A DNA stretch of 64,000 bases from an uncultured delta proteobacterium (GTDB lineage Bacteria > Desulfobacterota > Binatia > UBA9968): the NCBI GenBank assembly GCA_963745835.1, contig CAVUZH010000018.1, forward strand, positions 416,001 to 480,000, given 5' to 3'. The position numbers and the translations under genes were made by a program. The stretch's first letter is position 1. Every line of letters begins with the position of its first letter. Under the pieces are notes generated by a model, which saw nothing but the letters and a program-made list of their open reading frames with translations, searched no databases and was not told the DNA's origin. Positions 38,202 through 48,500 of the stretch are shown piece by piece.

Positions 38202-39267
38202 GTGCAAACGCGTGCCGCAGCTCAGCGGTCCCTTTGGTTATTTTCGCATCGTGTAGACTTTTGGCTGGCCTCGGCTGGGGCCTCAGCCGCCATAGCTGCG
38301 GCAGTTCTTGTTGTTCTCTGGCATGGTGACCGTGAAATCGACGCCCTCGATTTTGTGCTATCGGAGTTACATCTGGGCGCAACCTATCAGGCCGTCATAA
38401 GGCGGCGGCTCTGGCAGCGCCTTCCCGTCGATGTGTTGGTTGTGCCTTTAGTGATCCTGGCCGTCACCTATGCTCTGTTGACGAGCGGCCAAGCAGTCTT
38501 GCTGACTACGATCGCCATGTATGCTGCCGTCTGGCACCGCGGGCGGCAGAGCCTAGGAGTGGCGCGCTTTTACCAGCGCGCCGTGGGCGGGCCGGCTTCG
38601 CCGGTGCATGATCGCTTGTTCCAGGGCGCCGTCTATCTGCCGATGATGGCAGCGCTGCTCTGCTACGCTCATTTGGCCCCGCTGGAATACGAAGGACAGC
38701 CGTACTTCGCCTTGAACCTCGGGCCGGAAGTTGCTGCTGTCGCCGTGATTGCCGCAGCGGGTTGGTTGATCGCGTACTTTGCCTGGGCGCTCTGGCGAAA
38801 CCGCGCTGAGCGTCCGATGACCGCGCCACAAAATAGCGGAATCCGAGTTCATCCCGGCGAGCGCTGGGTGGTTCTCGCGCATGCCGTGGCGTTCGGCAGC
38901 GGTTATGTGCTCGGCGCATCGAATGCATCATTTCTGTTGGTTCTCGCCGTTCACCATGAAGTGCAGTACCTTTACTTCGCCTATGCTATGAGTCGCCGCT
39001 CCGCCATAGTTAGTGGAGCATGCAAAAACGCGACTGACCGCGCAACGAGACATTCTTATGCCACTGCTTTATCTGAGAGAAGATGATGTGCGATTTGAGC
39101 TCAAGCATGCCGCGAGTTTTCTTGTGTGGCCGGTGATCGGCTTTGGCGGAGCGGTTGTCGGCGGTTGGTTAGCTCTCGAATGGCTGGCGCCGCTGGGCGT
39201 GGGCGGACTCTTCTGTCACTACTGGCTAGATGGCCGCATTTGGACGCGACGGGCGATGTATACATGA
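38202..39267 (+). CDS. Hypothetical His-containing membrane protein (+1 frameshift within 39013-39086)
   Basis: TM segments with HLGAT, WHRGRQSLG, HHEVQYL and HYWLDGRIW motifs. Confidence 0.6.
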
Positions 39268-39274
39268 GAACGGT

Positions 39275-39430
39275 CAGGTTTATAGGTTTCAGGTTTCAGT
39301 GTTCAGGTTGGCTAATCGGGCGAAGTGGAATGCTGGAATATTGGAATGATGGATTTTCTAAACGACCAGAATTCCAGCTTTCCAGTATTCCAATTTCTTC
39401 TGACGTCTGACACCTGAAACCTGACACCTG
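39275..39430. repeat. Nested periodic hairpins: outer 7-bp arms, inner 8-bp arms
   Basis: CAGGTTT/CAGTGTT repeats ... TGGAATGC-TGGAATAT-TGGAATGA ... ATTCCAGC-TTTCCAGT-ATTCCA ... CTGACGT-CTGACAC-CTGAAAC-CTGACAC-CTG. Confidence 0.8.
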
Positions 39431-39462
39431 CACTAGACCTTTGACTGGCTGAGGATAAAGAG

Positions 39463-40545
39463 ATGCCGTGGAAAGTGGCTTTGATAATAGCTCTGGTGTT
39501 AATCGGTGTGAGCGGCTGCGCCAGTATCGGGCCGGGTACGGTCGCGCGGGATCGCTTTGATTATATTACGGCGATCTCGGATTCGTGGAAATCTCAGATG
39601 CTGCTCAATCTGGTCAAGATTCGATATGGCGACGCGCCGGTTTTTCTTGATGTCGCTTCGGTTATCAACCAGTACGCAATTGAAGGATCCATCGGCTACA
39701 CAGGCAGCTGGGCTCAGAACAACCAGCTGCCGTGGCCCTGGAACAGTTTGCATAGCTGGGCAACTCTGGGCAGATACACGGATCGACCTACGATTACCTA
39801 CTCGCCGCTTAGCGGTGAGAGGTTCGCGCGCAATCTCATGACCCCCATTCCGCCAGCCGCTATTCTCAATTTGCTGCAGGCCGGGTATCCAGCGGATTTG
39901 GTGTTCCGGCTCTGCGTGCATAGCATCAACGGCATATCAAGCCGTTACGGCGGTTCCGCGCGATTGCGCGAAGCCGACCCCGAATTCTATCCGTTGGTGG
40001 AGAGATTGCGAAACATTCAGCTCAGCGGAGATCTCGGTTTGCGCGTCCGAAAAACCGGCGAGCAGACGGCGACCTTGATTGTATTTAGCAAGAAAGCTAC
40101 CCCCAGTGTCGAGGCAGAACGCGGCGAAGTGCGAGAACTCTTGGGCCTTGATCCTAAATCCGAAGAATTCAGCGTCGTTTACGGTTCGGTGTCGAGCAGC
40201 GATAAGGAAATCGCCATACTCACCCGCTCGATTCTCGAAATTCTCATCGATCTGTCTTCTTACATCGAGGTTCCGGCGGAGAGCATGACGGAGCGGCGCA
40301 CTTATCCGACACCGCCGCCGGAAGTCGTCAGGGGGAACCTAGTACCGCCGCTCATAAGAATCGCCAGTTCTCCACAAACCCCAGGCGATGCCTTTGCTGC
40401 CGTGCCTTATCGCCGAGAATGGTACTGGATCGACGACAAGGATTTTGCTTCGAAGCGGCTTTTTTCTTTTATTATGTTTCTTTTCACGCTCACCGAAACA
40501 GAAGGCAAGCAAGGTGCTCCGGTGATCACTATCCCTGCCGGATAA
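39463..40545 (+). CDS. Hypothetical lipoprotein
   Basis: GAGGA RBS, lipobox VSGC, RDRFDY...QMLLNLVKIRYGDAPVFLDV, DRPTITYSPLSG. Confidence 0.75.
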   Translation: MPWKVALIIALVLIGVSGCASIGPGTVARDRFDYITAISDSWKSQMLLNLVKIRYGDAPVFLDVASVINQYAIEGSIGYTGSWAQNNQLPWPWNSLHSWATLGRYTDRPTITYSPLSGERFARNLMTPIPPAAILNLLQAGYPADLVFRLCVHSINGISSRYGGSARLREADPEFYPLVERLRNIQLSGDLGLRVRKTGEQTATLIVFSKKATPSVEAERGEVRELLGLDPKSEEFSVVYGSVSSSDKEIAILTRSILEILIDLSSYIEVPAESMTERRTYPTPPPEVVRGNLVPPLIRIASSPQTPGDAFAAVPYRREWYWIDDKDFASKRLFSFIMFLFTLTETEGKQGAPVITIPAG

Positions 40546-40558
40546 AATCGCGGATCAT

Positions 40559-41665
40559 ATGAGAACCCATGAACAATTAGCGAGAGTGGGCGAAAGACAG
40601 CACGACCTCACGCGCGTCGTGCTTGCAGTTCTCTTCATTGTGGCCCTGATCGGATCTTCTCTCTGGATCTTGCGGCCGTTCCTCGCAGCCATCGTGTGGG
40701 CGGCGACCATCGTCATCGCCACTTGGCCGCTGATGATTGCTTTACAGAAGTGGCTGTGGGGCAAACGGGGACTCGCGGTCGCCGTGATGACAGTCTTGCT
40801 TCTATGTCTTCTGGTGATACCGCTGACATTCGCAATCGGCACAATCGTCGCCAACGTCGATGAGATGCTTGTGTGGGCAAGGTCACTCGCCACCTTCAAG
40901 GCGCCCCCGCCACCCGCGTGGTTAGCGGATCTGCCGTTCGTAGGCGAAAAAGCCGTGGAGTTGTGGAATCGTGCGGCCGGTGAGGGAATACAGGAATTCG
41001 CCGTAAGAGCTGCCCCCTACGCTGCTGGATTGATAGGCTGGTTTGTGGGTCAGATCGGCAATGTCGGTATTTTGTTCGTGCAATTTCTATTGACTGTCGT
41101 TCTCGCTGCGACCTTGTACGCTACCGGCGAGCTCGCGACCCAGCGCCTCGTGCGCTTCGGTCAGCGTCTTGCGGGTGCAGGCGGCGAAAACGCGGTTTGG
41201 CTCGCCGGACAGACGATTCGCGGTGTTGCCCTTGGCGTGGTGGTAACGGCACTCGCCCAAACAGCTTTAGGCGGAGCCGGCCTGGTACTCGCGGGTGTGC
41301 CCTTCGCGGCAATATTGACCGTAGTGATGTTCCTTTTGTGCATCGCGCAGATCGGCGTCGTGCTCGTGCTCGCGGGCGCGGTCGCGTGGCTCTACTGGAC
41401 CGGACAGTCGGGGGCGGGAACGTTCATGCTCGTCTGGACTATTGTCGTCGGCGGCATGGACAATTTTTTACGTCCCATCCTCATCAGACGGGGCGCGGAC
41501 TTGCCGTTGCTCCTTGTCTTCGCCGGCGTGATCGGCGGTCTTCTGGCCTTCGGCCTCATCGGTATCTTCATCGGTCCCGTGGTATTGGCGGTGGCCGATA
41601 AACTGCTCACGGCGTGGATCGATTCGCCGGCGTACGACGCGTCCAGCGAAGTGCCCGGAGAATAG
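40559..41665 (+). CDS. ydiK: AI-2E family transporter (YdiK-like)
   Basis: LRPFL...WAATIVIATWP, IRGVALGVVVTA, DNFLRPILIRRGADLP, GLIGIFIGPV. Confidence 0.85.
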   Translation: MRTHEQLARVGERQHDLTRVVLAVLFIVALIGSSLWILRPFLAAIVWAATIVIATWPLMIALQKWLWGKRGLAVAVMTVLLLCLLVIPLTFAIGTIVANVDEMLVWARSLATFKAPPPPAWLADLPFVGEKAVELWNRAAGEGIQEFAVRAAPYAAGLIGWFVGQIGNVGILFVQFLLTVVLAATLYATGELATQRLVRFGQRLAGAGGENAVWLAGQTIRGVALGVVVTALAQTALGGAGLVLAGVPFAAILTVVMFLLCIAQIGVVLVLAGAVAWLYWTGQSGAGTFMLVWTIVVGGMDNFLRPILIRRGADLPLLLVFAGVIGGLLAFGLIGIFIGPVVLAVADKLLTAWIDSPAYDASSEVPGE

Positions 41666-41737
41666 TCGATAATCGACCGCTTCGGTGCGCCAAATCGCGC
41701 TTCTTTAGAACATTTCAAAATGTGAGTCGTGTCTGCG

Positions 41738-41757
41738 TATTGGACCAAAGTCCAATA
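41738..41757 (+). promoter_or_regulatory. Palindromic box copy 6
   Basis: TATTGGACCAAAGTCCAATA (perfect). Confidence 0.85.
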
Positions 41758-41857
41758 TACGGGTCAAGCCGTCTCAGGATCAATTGGTCTTGACAAATTG
41801 AAAGTCTCGTTGACAGCTGAAGCCTTTGGGGAGGCGCATCTATCGAGACGCAACTTC

Positions 41858-42352
41858 ATGACACGACAAATGCCGGTTGCAATTGCAGTACTCATGCTCG
41901 GCTTTGCACCGCTTGGGTTGGCACAGACCAAAACTGCCAGCGCGGACAAGCCGGCGAGCAATTTGGAAATCATCCATGAGAAACTCAAGGCGGATAAGAA
42001 GCTGATAGTTGCGCAGTACATGGAATTGACCGAATCGGAGGCGAAAAAATTCTGGCCGGTTTACGACGAGTACCAGAAAGATCTGCGGATAAGTAACGAT
42101 CGACTTCTTCGCTTACTCGAGAGCTACGCCGCGGATTATAGAAATAACTCGCTGACGGATGAAAAAGCAAAGAAGTTACTCGACGAGTGGATAGGGATCG
42201 AGCAGGACGAGGGCAAGCGCCGCGGTGCTTTTTCGCCGAAAGTGCTGCAAGCATTGCCGGCAAAGAAAGCGGCGCGATACCTGCAGATTGAAAATGAGTA
42301 CCGCATTTTATTGCGTTACGATTTGGCAGCCACGGTGCCATTGGTGGACTAG
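41858..42352 (+). CDS. Exported alpha-helical protein, paralog A
   Basis: Signal peptide; ADKKLIVAQYMELTESEAKKFWPVYDEYQ, KAARYLQIEN. Confidence 0.75.
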   Translation: MTRQMPVAIAVLMLGFAPLGLAQTKTASADKPASNLEIIHEKLKADKKLIVAQYMELTESEAKKFWPVYDEYQKDLRISNDRLLRLLESYAADYRNNSLTDEKAKKLLDEWIGIEQDEGKRRGAFSPKVLQALPAKKAARYLQIENEYRILLRYDLAATVPLVD

Positions 42353-42382
42353 GCCATTTATCTGTTGCTCCTAGGAGATGAA

Positions 42383-42950
42383 ATGACTCTGAATAAAATC
42401 AGAAAGATTTTAGCATTGGCGCTAATAATCGGCTCGGCACATGGGTTTTCCCCTACTATCGCACTGGCAACGACGCGCGAGCGCGATCGATCGTGATGCT
42501 CGATCGGTTTTGGATAAACTTTACAAGCTTATACCGGACGCAAAGGCTTTGGCCGACAAAGCCGTCGCGGTCTTGGTGTTTCCGAGCATTGTCAAAGGCG
42601 GCTTCATTATCGCGGGACAGTTTGGCGACGGCGCTTTAACAAAAAAGGGTAAGAGCGTGGCGTACTATCGATCGCTTTCCGCGTCTTATGGATACCAGGC
42701 CGGCATTCAGTCGTTCGGCTATGTGCTGTTCTTCATGGACAATGCCTCGCTTGAGTATCTTAACAACAGTGACGGCTGGGAGCTGGGAGTAGGACCGAGT
42801 TTGGTAGTGCTCGATGAGGGCTTCGGCAAGCACTTGTCGTCGACAACTCTGCAGAAGGGTGTTTATGCGTTTATCTTCGACCAGACGGGACTCATGGCCG
42901 GTATGGGTATACAAGGAACGAAAATCACCAGAATTAATCCGAATCCCTAA
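42383..42950 (+). CDS. YSC84/SYLF-related exported protein, third family member (+1 frameshift near 42475)
   Basis: AGGAG RBS, signal peptide; VLVFPSIVKGGF, SYGYQAGIQ, GLMAGMGIQGTKITRI. Confidence 0.8.
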
Positions 42951-42967
42951 CAGCAGCAAACGCTCAT

Positions 42968-43136
42968 AAGCACGAAACTCGAACACTTCGAAACGAATTC
43001 CAAATCAGTACAATCGAAGCATCCGAATGTTCCGAAACACGTCCTGATTCTCGATCACGTTTTGCGAGTCTCGAGCTCGAGATCGTTTGGCTGCGAGTCT
43101 TGTTTCGGATTTCGAGCTTCGGATTTCGGATTTTTT
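42968..43136. repeat. Hairpin with 7-bp periodic arms, same family as 13280-13468
   Basis: aagcacgaaactcgaacacttcgaaac ... ttgtttcggatttcgagcttcggatttcggattttt. Confidence 0.78.
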
Positions 43137-43154
43137 ATTTGAAGGAGAGAAGCG

Positions 43155-43646
43155 ATGAGAATGGACCTTGTGAAGAAAACAATTGGCGTTGCAATGGCGA
43201 TTATGGTTCTTGGCTGCGCCCCTTTGAGTTTTGCGCAAGACAAGCGGGCCGACAACATGGAAATTTTGCGCGACAAGATCAGGGCGGACAAAAAACTTGT
43301 TGTCGCGACTAATATGGAACTGACCGAGTCGGAGGCCAAGAACTTCTGGCCGATTTATGACCAGTATCAGAAAGATCTGCAGAATATTAACGGACGCGTC
43401 CTGGCCCTATTGGAGAGCTATGCAGCTGACTTCAAGGGCAAATCGCTGACCGATGACAAGGCGAAAAAACTCATCGATGAGGCGGTGGCGATCGATCAGG
43501 CCGAGGCCAATCTGAAAAGCACTTATGCGCCTCAATTGGGCAAGGCGTTGCCGGCGAGGAAAGTCGCGCGCTACATGCAAATTGAGAACAAGATCCGCGC
43601 CGTGGTGAAGTACGATCTCGCCCAGGGTGTGCCGCTGGTGCGCTAG
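43155..43646 (+). CDS. Exported alpha-helical protein, paralog B
   Basis: Clearly similar to 41858-42352 (ADKKLVVATNMELTESEAKNFWPIYDQYQ, KVARYMQIEN). Confidence 0.75.
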   Translation: MRMDLVKKTIGVAMAIMVLGCAPLSFAQDKRADNMEILRDKIRADKKLVVATNMELTESEAKNFWPIYDQYQKDLQNINGRVLALLESYAADFKGKSLTDDKAKKLIDEAVAIDQAEANLKSTYAPQLGKALPARKVARYMQIENKIRAVVKYDLAQGVPLVR

Positions 43647-43878
43647 GTAAGTGAGAAACTTAATGGACTATTCGAAAAAGGAAAGCCCAAAGGCAAAAGC
43701 GCCATCTGGCTCTTAGCATTTTTCGATCCTGAGTTTGGGCGCAGCCAGCGTCAGTCAATCATCTATACTCAACTGTCACGCCTCAATAGTTTTTTGCTGG
43801 CCCGGCTGAGCGCTATGCTGGAGCTGGCAGGTAAGTCATGGGGTTGCAATCGATAGGCGCTTCGATGTCGGATATCCA

Positions 43879-43898
43879 TATTGGACCAAAGTCCAATA
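43879..43898 (+). promoter_or_regulatory. Palindromic box copy 7
   Basis: TATTGGACCAAAGTCCAATA (perfect). Confidence 0.85.
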
Positions 43899-44000
43899 TA
43901 CAGAGCTGGTGCTCTTCAGTAATAAATCCGTACTGACGAAATCTCTTCGAATTGCCGGTCTTGTTGCATATTGGGGTCGAGTTTTTAAAGGGAGAGTTAC

Positions 44001-44864
44001 ATGGCGAAAAGCAAGGCAGCGTTTTGCACATTGTTGATCACGTTGATTATGGCTGGTCCAGGATGGAGCCAAGACTTGGACGGCACTCTCAAGAAGATCA
44101 AGGCAGAGAGCACCCTGACACTTGGTTATCTCGAGTCGGCACCGCCATTCTCTTTTCCGGGACCGGATAGACGACCGGTGGGCTACTCCATCGATCTGTG
44201 CACACAGGTCGCAAGCGCGATTCAGAAACAACTCGGGATCAATCTCAAGCTTAACTGGGTGCCGGTCACGACGGAGAATCGCGTTGAGATGGTGGCATCA
44301 GGCAAGGTCGATATCGAATGCGGTACCAGCACCGCTAGTCTTTCCCGCCAGGAACGAGTGGATTTCAGTTTGATGACCTTTGTCGACGGCGGAGGCCTGC
44401 TGACCAAGTCCGACTTTAAGCTTGGCGCTATGGCCGATCTGGCGGATAAACGCATCGCCGTCATCCCCGGTACCACGACTGAGGCCGCATTGGGAAAATT
44501 CCTCAAAGAGGAATTTGTTTCCGTCAAATACGTTCCTGTCAAAGATCACGTGGAGGGGCTGGCGGCGATAGAAAAAGGCTCAGCTGAAGCGTTTGCCTCC
44601 GACCGCGGGATTTTGGTTGGACTTGCGGTCACCTCTAAGGACCCTAAGCTTTACGCCCTGCCGAATATCTTTTTCTCATATGAACCTTATGGATTCATGG
44701 TGCGCCGGAACGACGCGGACTTTCGCCTGCTGGTCAATCGAGCACTGGCCGGTCTTTACCGCTCGGGCGGCATCGCTCCTATTTACGACCGATGGTTCGG
44801 ATCTTTCGGCACCCCCAGCCCGGCAATAAAGGCGATGTATTTTCTCAACGCGCTCCCCGAGTGA
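44001..44864 (+). CDS. Amino-acid ABC substrate-binding protein (GltI-like, SBP_bac_3), orphan
   Basis: GTLKKIK, GYSIDLC, VDIECG, RQERVDFS, YEPYGFMVRRND. Confidence 0.85.
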   Translation: MAKSKAAFCTLLITLIMAGPGWSQDLDGTLKKIKAESTLTLGYLESAPPFSFPGPDRRPVGYSIDLCTQVASAIQKQLGINLKLNWVPVTTENRVEMVASGKVDIECGTSTASLSRQERVDFSLMTFVDGGGLLTKSDFKLGAMADLADKRIAVIPGTTTEAALGKFLKEEFVSVKYVPVKDHVEGLAAIEKGSAEAFASDRGILVGLAVTSKDPKLYALPNIFFSYEPYGFMVRRNDADFRLLVNRALAGLYRSGGIAPIYDRWFGSFGTPSPAIKAMYFLNALPE

Positions 44865-45134
44865 CAGATTTGCTCTGCAGCGACATTCGATTTGAGTCTC
44901 CAGAGATGAATTGGAGATTAGCAATCGGAGTTAAGCAAAGCCTCGAGTTCTCAGTTAAGCCATTTTCGTTGACTCGCCAGTCGACGTTCATCTATCAAGC
45001 CGCAACATCGGGTGCTGCGATTCTTTCGAATCCGCTTTGTTACTCCAGCAGGTTGCTGAAAAAAGCCCTCTTACAGTCTCTACTGTCCTGCCCCAGAAGT
45101 TCGCTCCGTTATGGCGCCGTCTTTCGCTGATTAT

Positions 45135-45352
45135 TAACCCTAATCCGACAATAGTTGAGCGCTGTCAGCAGTGAGCGAGGACGGCGAGGCTGCAAGCCGC
45201 GGGCATTCGAGCACGCAGTTGGCTCTAAGGCCCCGACGTACCAAACATCACCTTTAGGGTAATGTGGGGCGGCCTTCGAGGCACTGTCCCATTGCCCATG
45301 GCTGTAGGGCTCGCTGCCCTCGCGGGGTTCGAATAATGTCGGATTAGGATTA
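45135..45352. mobile_element. MITE-like non-autonomous element, 218 bp
   Basis: 19-bp terminal inverted repeats TAACCCTAATCCGACAATA / TAATGTCGGATTAGGATTA (2 mismatches) plus an internal ~30-bp inverted repeat. Confidence 0.65.
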
Positions 45353-45512
45353 GTTAGTTTTATCAGGGCGGTTCGATGGCCGGATATCTAAGTCGAAAGA
45401 GGATTTCTCGTGCCACAATTGTGCGGCGGTAAAGCGCACCCATTGTCGCCGAAAAGCAACCGCCGCGGTTCGAGAAAGCAATCGAGCAATTGATTGCCGC
45501 GGCATTAATCCC

Positions 45513-48500
45513 ATGAAATTACCGCGCGCCATCACATTCGCCGGGGCCGCTGCTGCGGTCGTAATAGTCGCGGCCGTTGCCAGTGCGTTGCTTCTTCCCT
45601 GGCTCATCGACAGCCGGCTGGTCAAAGAGAAAATCAGCTCGGAATTGCTCAAAAGAACATACGCGAGCGTGATCTTCGACAAGATCACCCTTCTGTGGTT
45701 TCCCTGGCCCACCTTGGTCATCGAGAACACCGAAATTTCTCTTGAGGACAACGCCCGGGCTTCGATTCGCAGTGTCAGGATCTATCCGTCGATTTATCAT
45801 CTGCTCACCGGCAGACTCATCGTGCACCGAGCGCTGTTGCAGGAGCCCCGAATAACCTATCGCGTGCCGCAGCATCCGGGAACACCGTTGGATCTCGAAG
45901 AGTGGGAAGAACAAATTCGCTCTGCTTTGGTTCGTCTCACCGAAGAATCGCCCGCTTCGGACATACAGCTTTCCAACGGATCCGCTGAGATCAGCATCGG
46001 TGACAAACCACCGATGCTTCTCGAAGATGTGACGGCTCAAACGATCGCCTCCCCTGAACAGTTTCGATTTACGATCTCGGCACGCTCGAATCTCTGGGAG
46101 CAGTTGCGGGGCGAAGGGAGTATCTCTCCGGAAAGTCTCGAATCACAGTTACATGTAGGTCTCCAGCAGATCAACATCAGAGAGACTCTTGTTCTGATTG
46201 CGCCGCAGATTGCCGAAGGCGCGAGAGATGGCAAGGCGACCTTCGATATCAAGATGAGTTCCGTCGGTCTACGACACATGAAAGCAGCGGTCGACGGATC
46301 GGTCGGCCCGTTCGTTTTCACCGGACATGGCGGTACCGCTACTGTCGAGGCAAAGAGATTACGAGGCGGGATTACTTACGAAGGGAAAGTTTTCCAGGTC
46401 AACGTGGAGCAGCTAGAACTCGGATCGCCACGGCTGCAAGCTTCAGGACAGCTTAAAATCCAACCGGGTTCTTTATCTGCACAAATCAAGGTTCGCGACG
46501 TCAATATCGCCGAGGTCAACCATATGGCGCTGCGGTTGGTCGACGACACCGAACCGGCTAAGCGAATAATGCGCTACATTCCAGCGGGAACAATTCCGGA
46601 AGTAAATTTTCACAGTTCCGGACGTTCGCTTGCTGAAATGATCTCGAGCCAAAATATTGTAGTCGCCGCAGCGGTGCGTGACTGTAGGATATTGATTCCT
46701 GCCTATGATCTGGAGTTCAAAAATGTGGGCGGCTCGCTGCGAATTGCCAACGGCGTTTTGGAAGCTAGCAACGTCACGGCCAATCTTGGAACGGCGAAGG
46801 GGTGGAACGGCAAGCTCAGGCTTGGGCTTGATGGAAAGAGCGCGCCTTTTCATCTCGACATATCGGCGCACAGCGCCGCACCGGACCTGCACTCCTTCTT
46901 GCTGAAGACCGTCGACAAGGAACCCTTGCGCGGAGAATTGCTGAAGCTGCGAAACGTTTCAGGCGAGCTGTCCGGGAGAGTGGTTTTGGGCGACTCGCTG
47001 GATGCGATCTCACCGGTTGTGACAATTTCGGCATTGGCCATCAGCGCCAGCTATGAGGACATGCCGTTCCCCATCGAGATTAGACGCGGCCGGTTCAGCT
47101 ATGACCGAAGACTCATCAAGCTTGAGAACGCCCAGGGATCCGTAGGGCGCTCGATCTTTGACGGCGTTGGCCTGAGTTTGGATTCTCACGGAGGACGCCG
47201 GCTGAGCGTCGACTCGGGGCGGGTTTCTTTGGACCTGCAACAGATGGAGATTTTGCTTCAGCGCTTTAACAATGTGGCAGCACAATTTGCGAAGTTTCAG
47301 TCCGCGCGCGGCTCCGTCGAGTTGGAGAGACTCGCTCTCTCAGGAGCTTATGACGATCCTGCGGCATGGATCTTCGCGAGCGCGGGCAGATTCCATGGCG
47401 TTGAGATAACCCATGCAGATCTCCCTGGGCCGGTGACTGTCACCCGGGGACAATTCACTGCCAACCAGGAGAAATTTGATTTCTCGGAGACTGCGTTAGC
47501 GATTGCCGATGCTTCCTGGCTTGGTGCCGGTACATTCGAATACTTGAAAGAAGCATCGCGTTTTTTCGTCATCAAGGGGACGGGAACGATCGGCGCCCAA
47601 ATGACTGAGTGGCTCAGCCATCAAATCCAATGGCCCGAAGAGTTGAAGCTTCGTTCCCCTCTGAAAATTGCGGCAAAACAGCTGGCGTGGCGCGCAGGCG
47701 GGAACATCTCGTTTAACGGGCAGGTGACGGCCGCGGGTGGTCCGCAGCTTTCCCTGGTAGCGGTGAAAAATCCTCAGTGGCTCGGCGTGCAGAATCTTAG
47801 CATTCAGGATGGCGACCGGCGCGCCCGAGTGATCTTTTTAGTTGCTAAGGACCAGCTCGAGTTCTCGTTCAGCGGTGCCCTGGTGCAGCAAACGATCGAT
47901 AAGATATTTGCATCTTTTCCCACTAAAGATAGCGCTCTCAGTGGTGAGATCCAGCTAAGCGCTTCGCTGACCCGTCCCGTCAGGGTCTCCGCCCAAGGTC
48001 GATTAGAGGGAAGCAACCTATGGCTGCCCTTGGGAACTGAAAAAGCGCTGCTGGAAAGATTCGATATCGAGGCGAGCGGGGACAGCTTGAGCGTGCGATC
48101 CGCAGATCTCCTTTGGAGTAAGAGCCGCTTTGCCGTTTCGGGGAAAGTCGCCGGAACAAGGGAGAACCTCAGGCTGGATCTCGACGTTACCGGCGACCAG
48201 CTTGACTGGGAGGAACTCCAGCGTATTTTCGCCGGCGGAGGCAAGCAGCGGCAACCAGAAAAAGTCGGAGCGGAGTCTTTTCCGACGATGGAAGGCACGA
48301 TTCGCTTCAGAACGAACCGCTTCGCGTTTGCAGGTTTCGACTTTACCGCATTAGAGACGATGGCAACCATCTCCCCGTCAGGAATCAGAGCCAAGATTGA
48401 TCAAGCGATTGTGTGCGGAATCAATGTCATGGGACGCGTGGATGTCATCGGCAGCGAAATCGGAGTCGATGTGGAGCTCGCAGCGAGAAGCGCCCAGCTC

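Noticed and set aside
45046-45066. IS-end-like sequence cagcaggttgctgaaaaaag
   Set aside because: A single short end with no partner or transposase; too weak to call.
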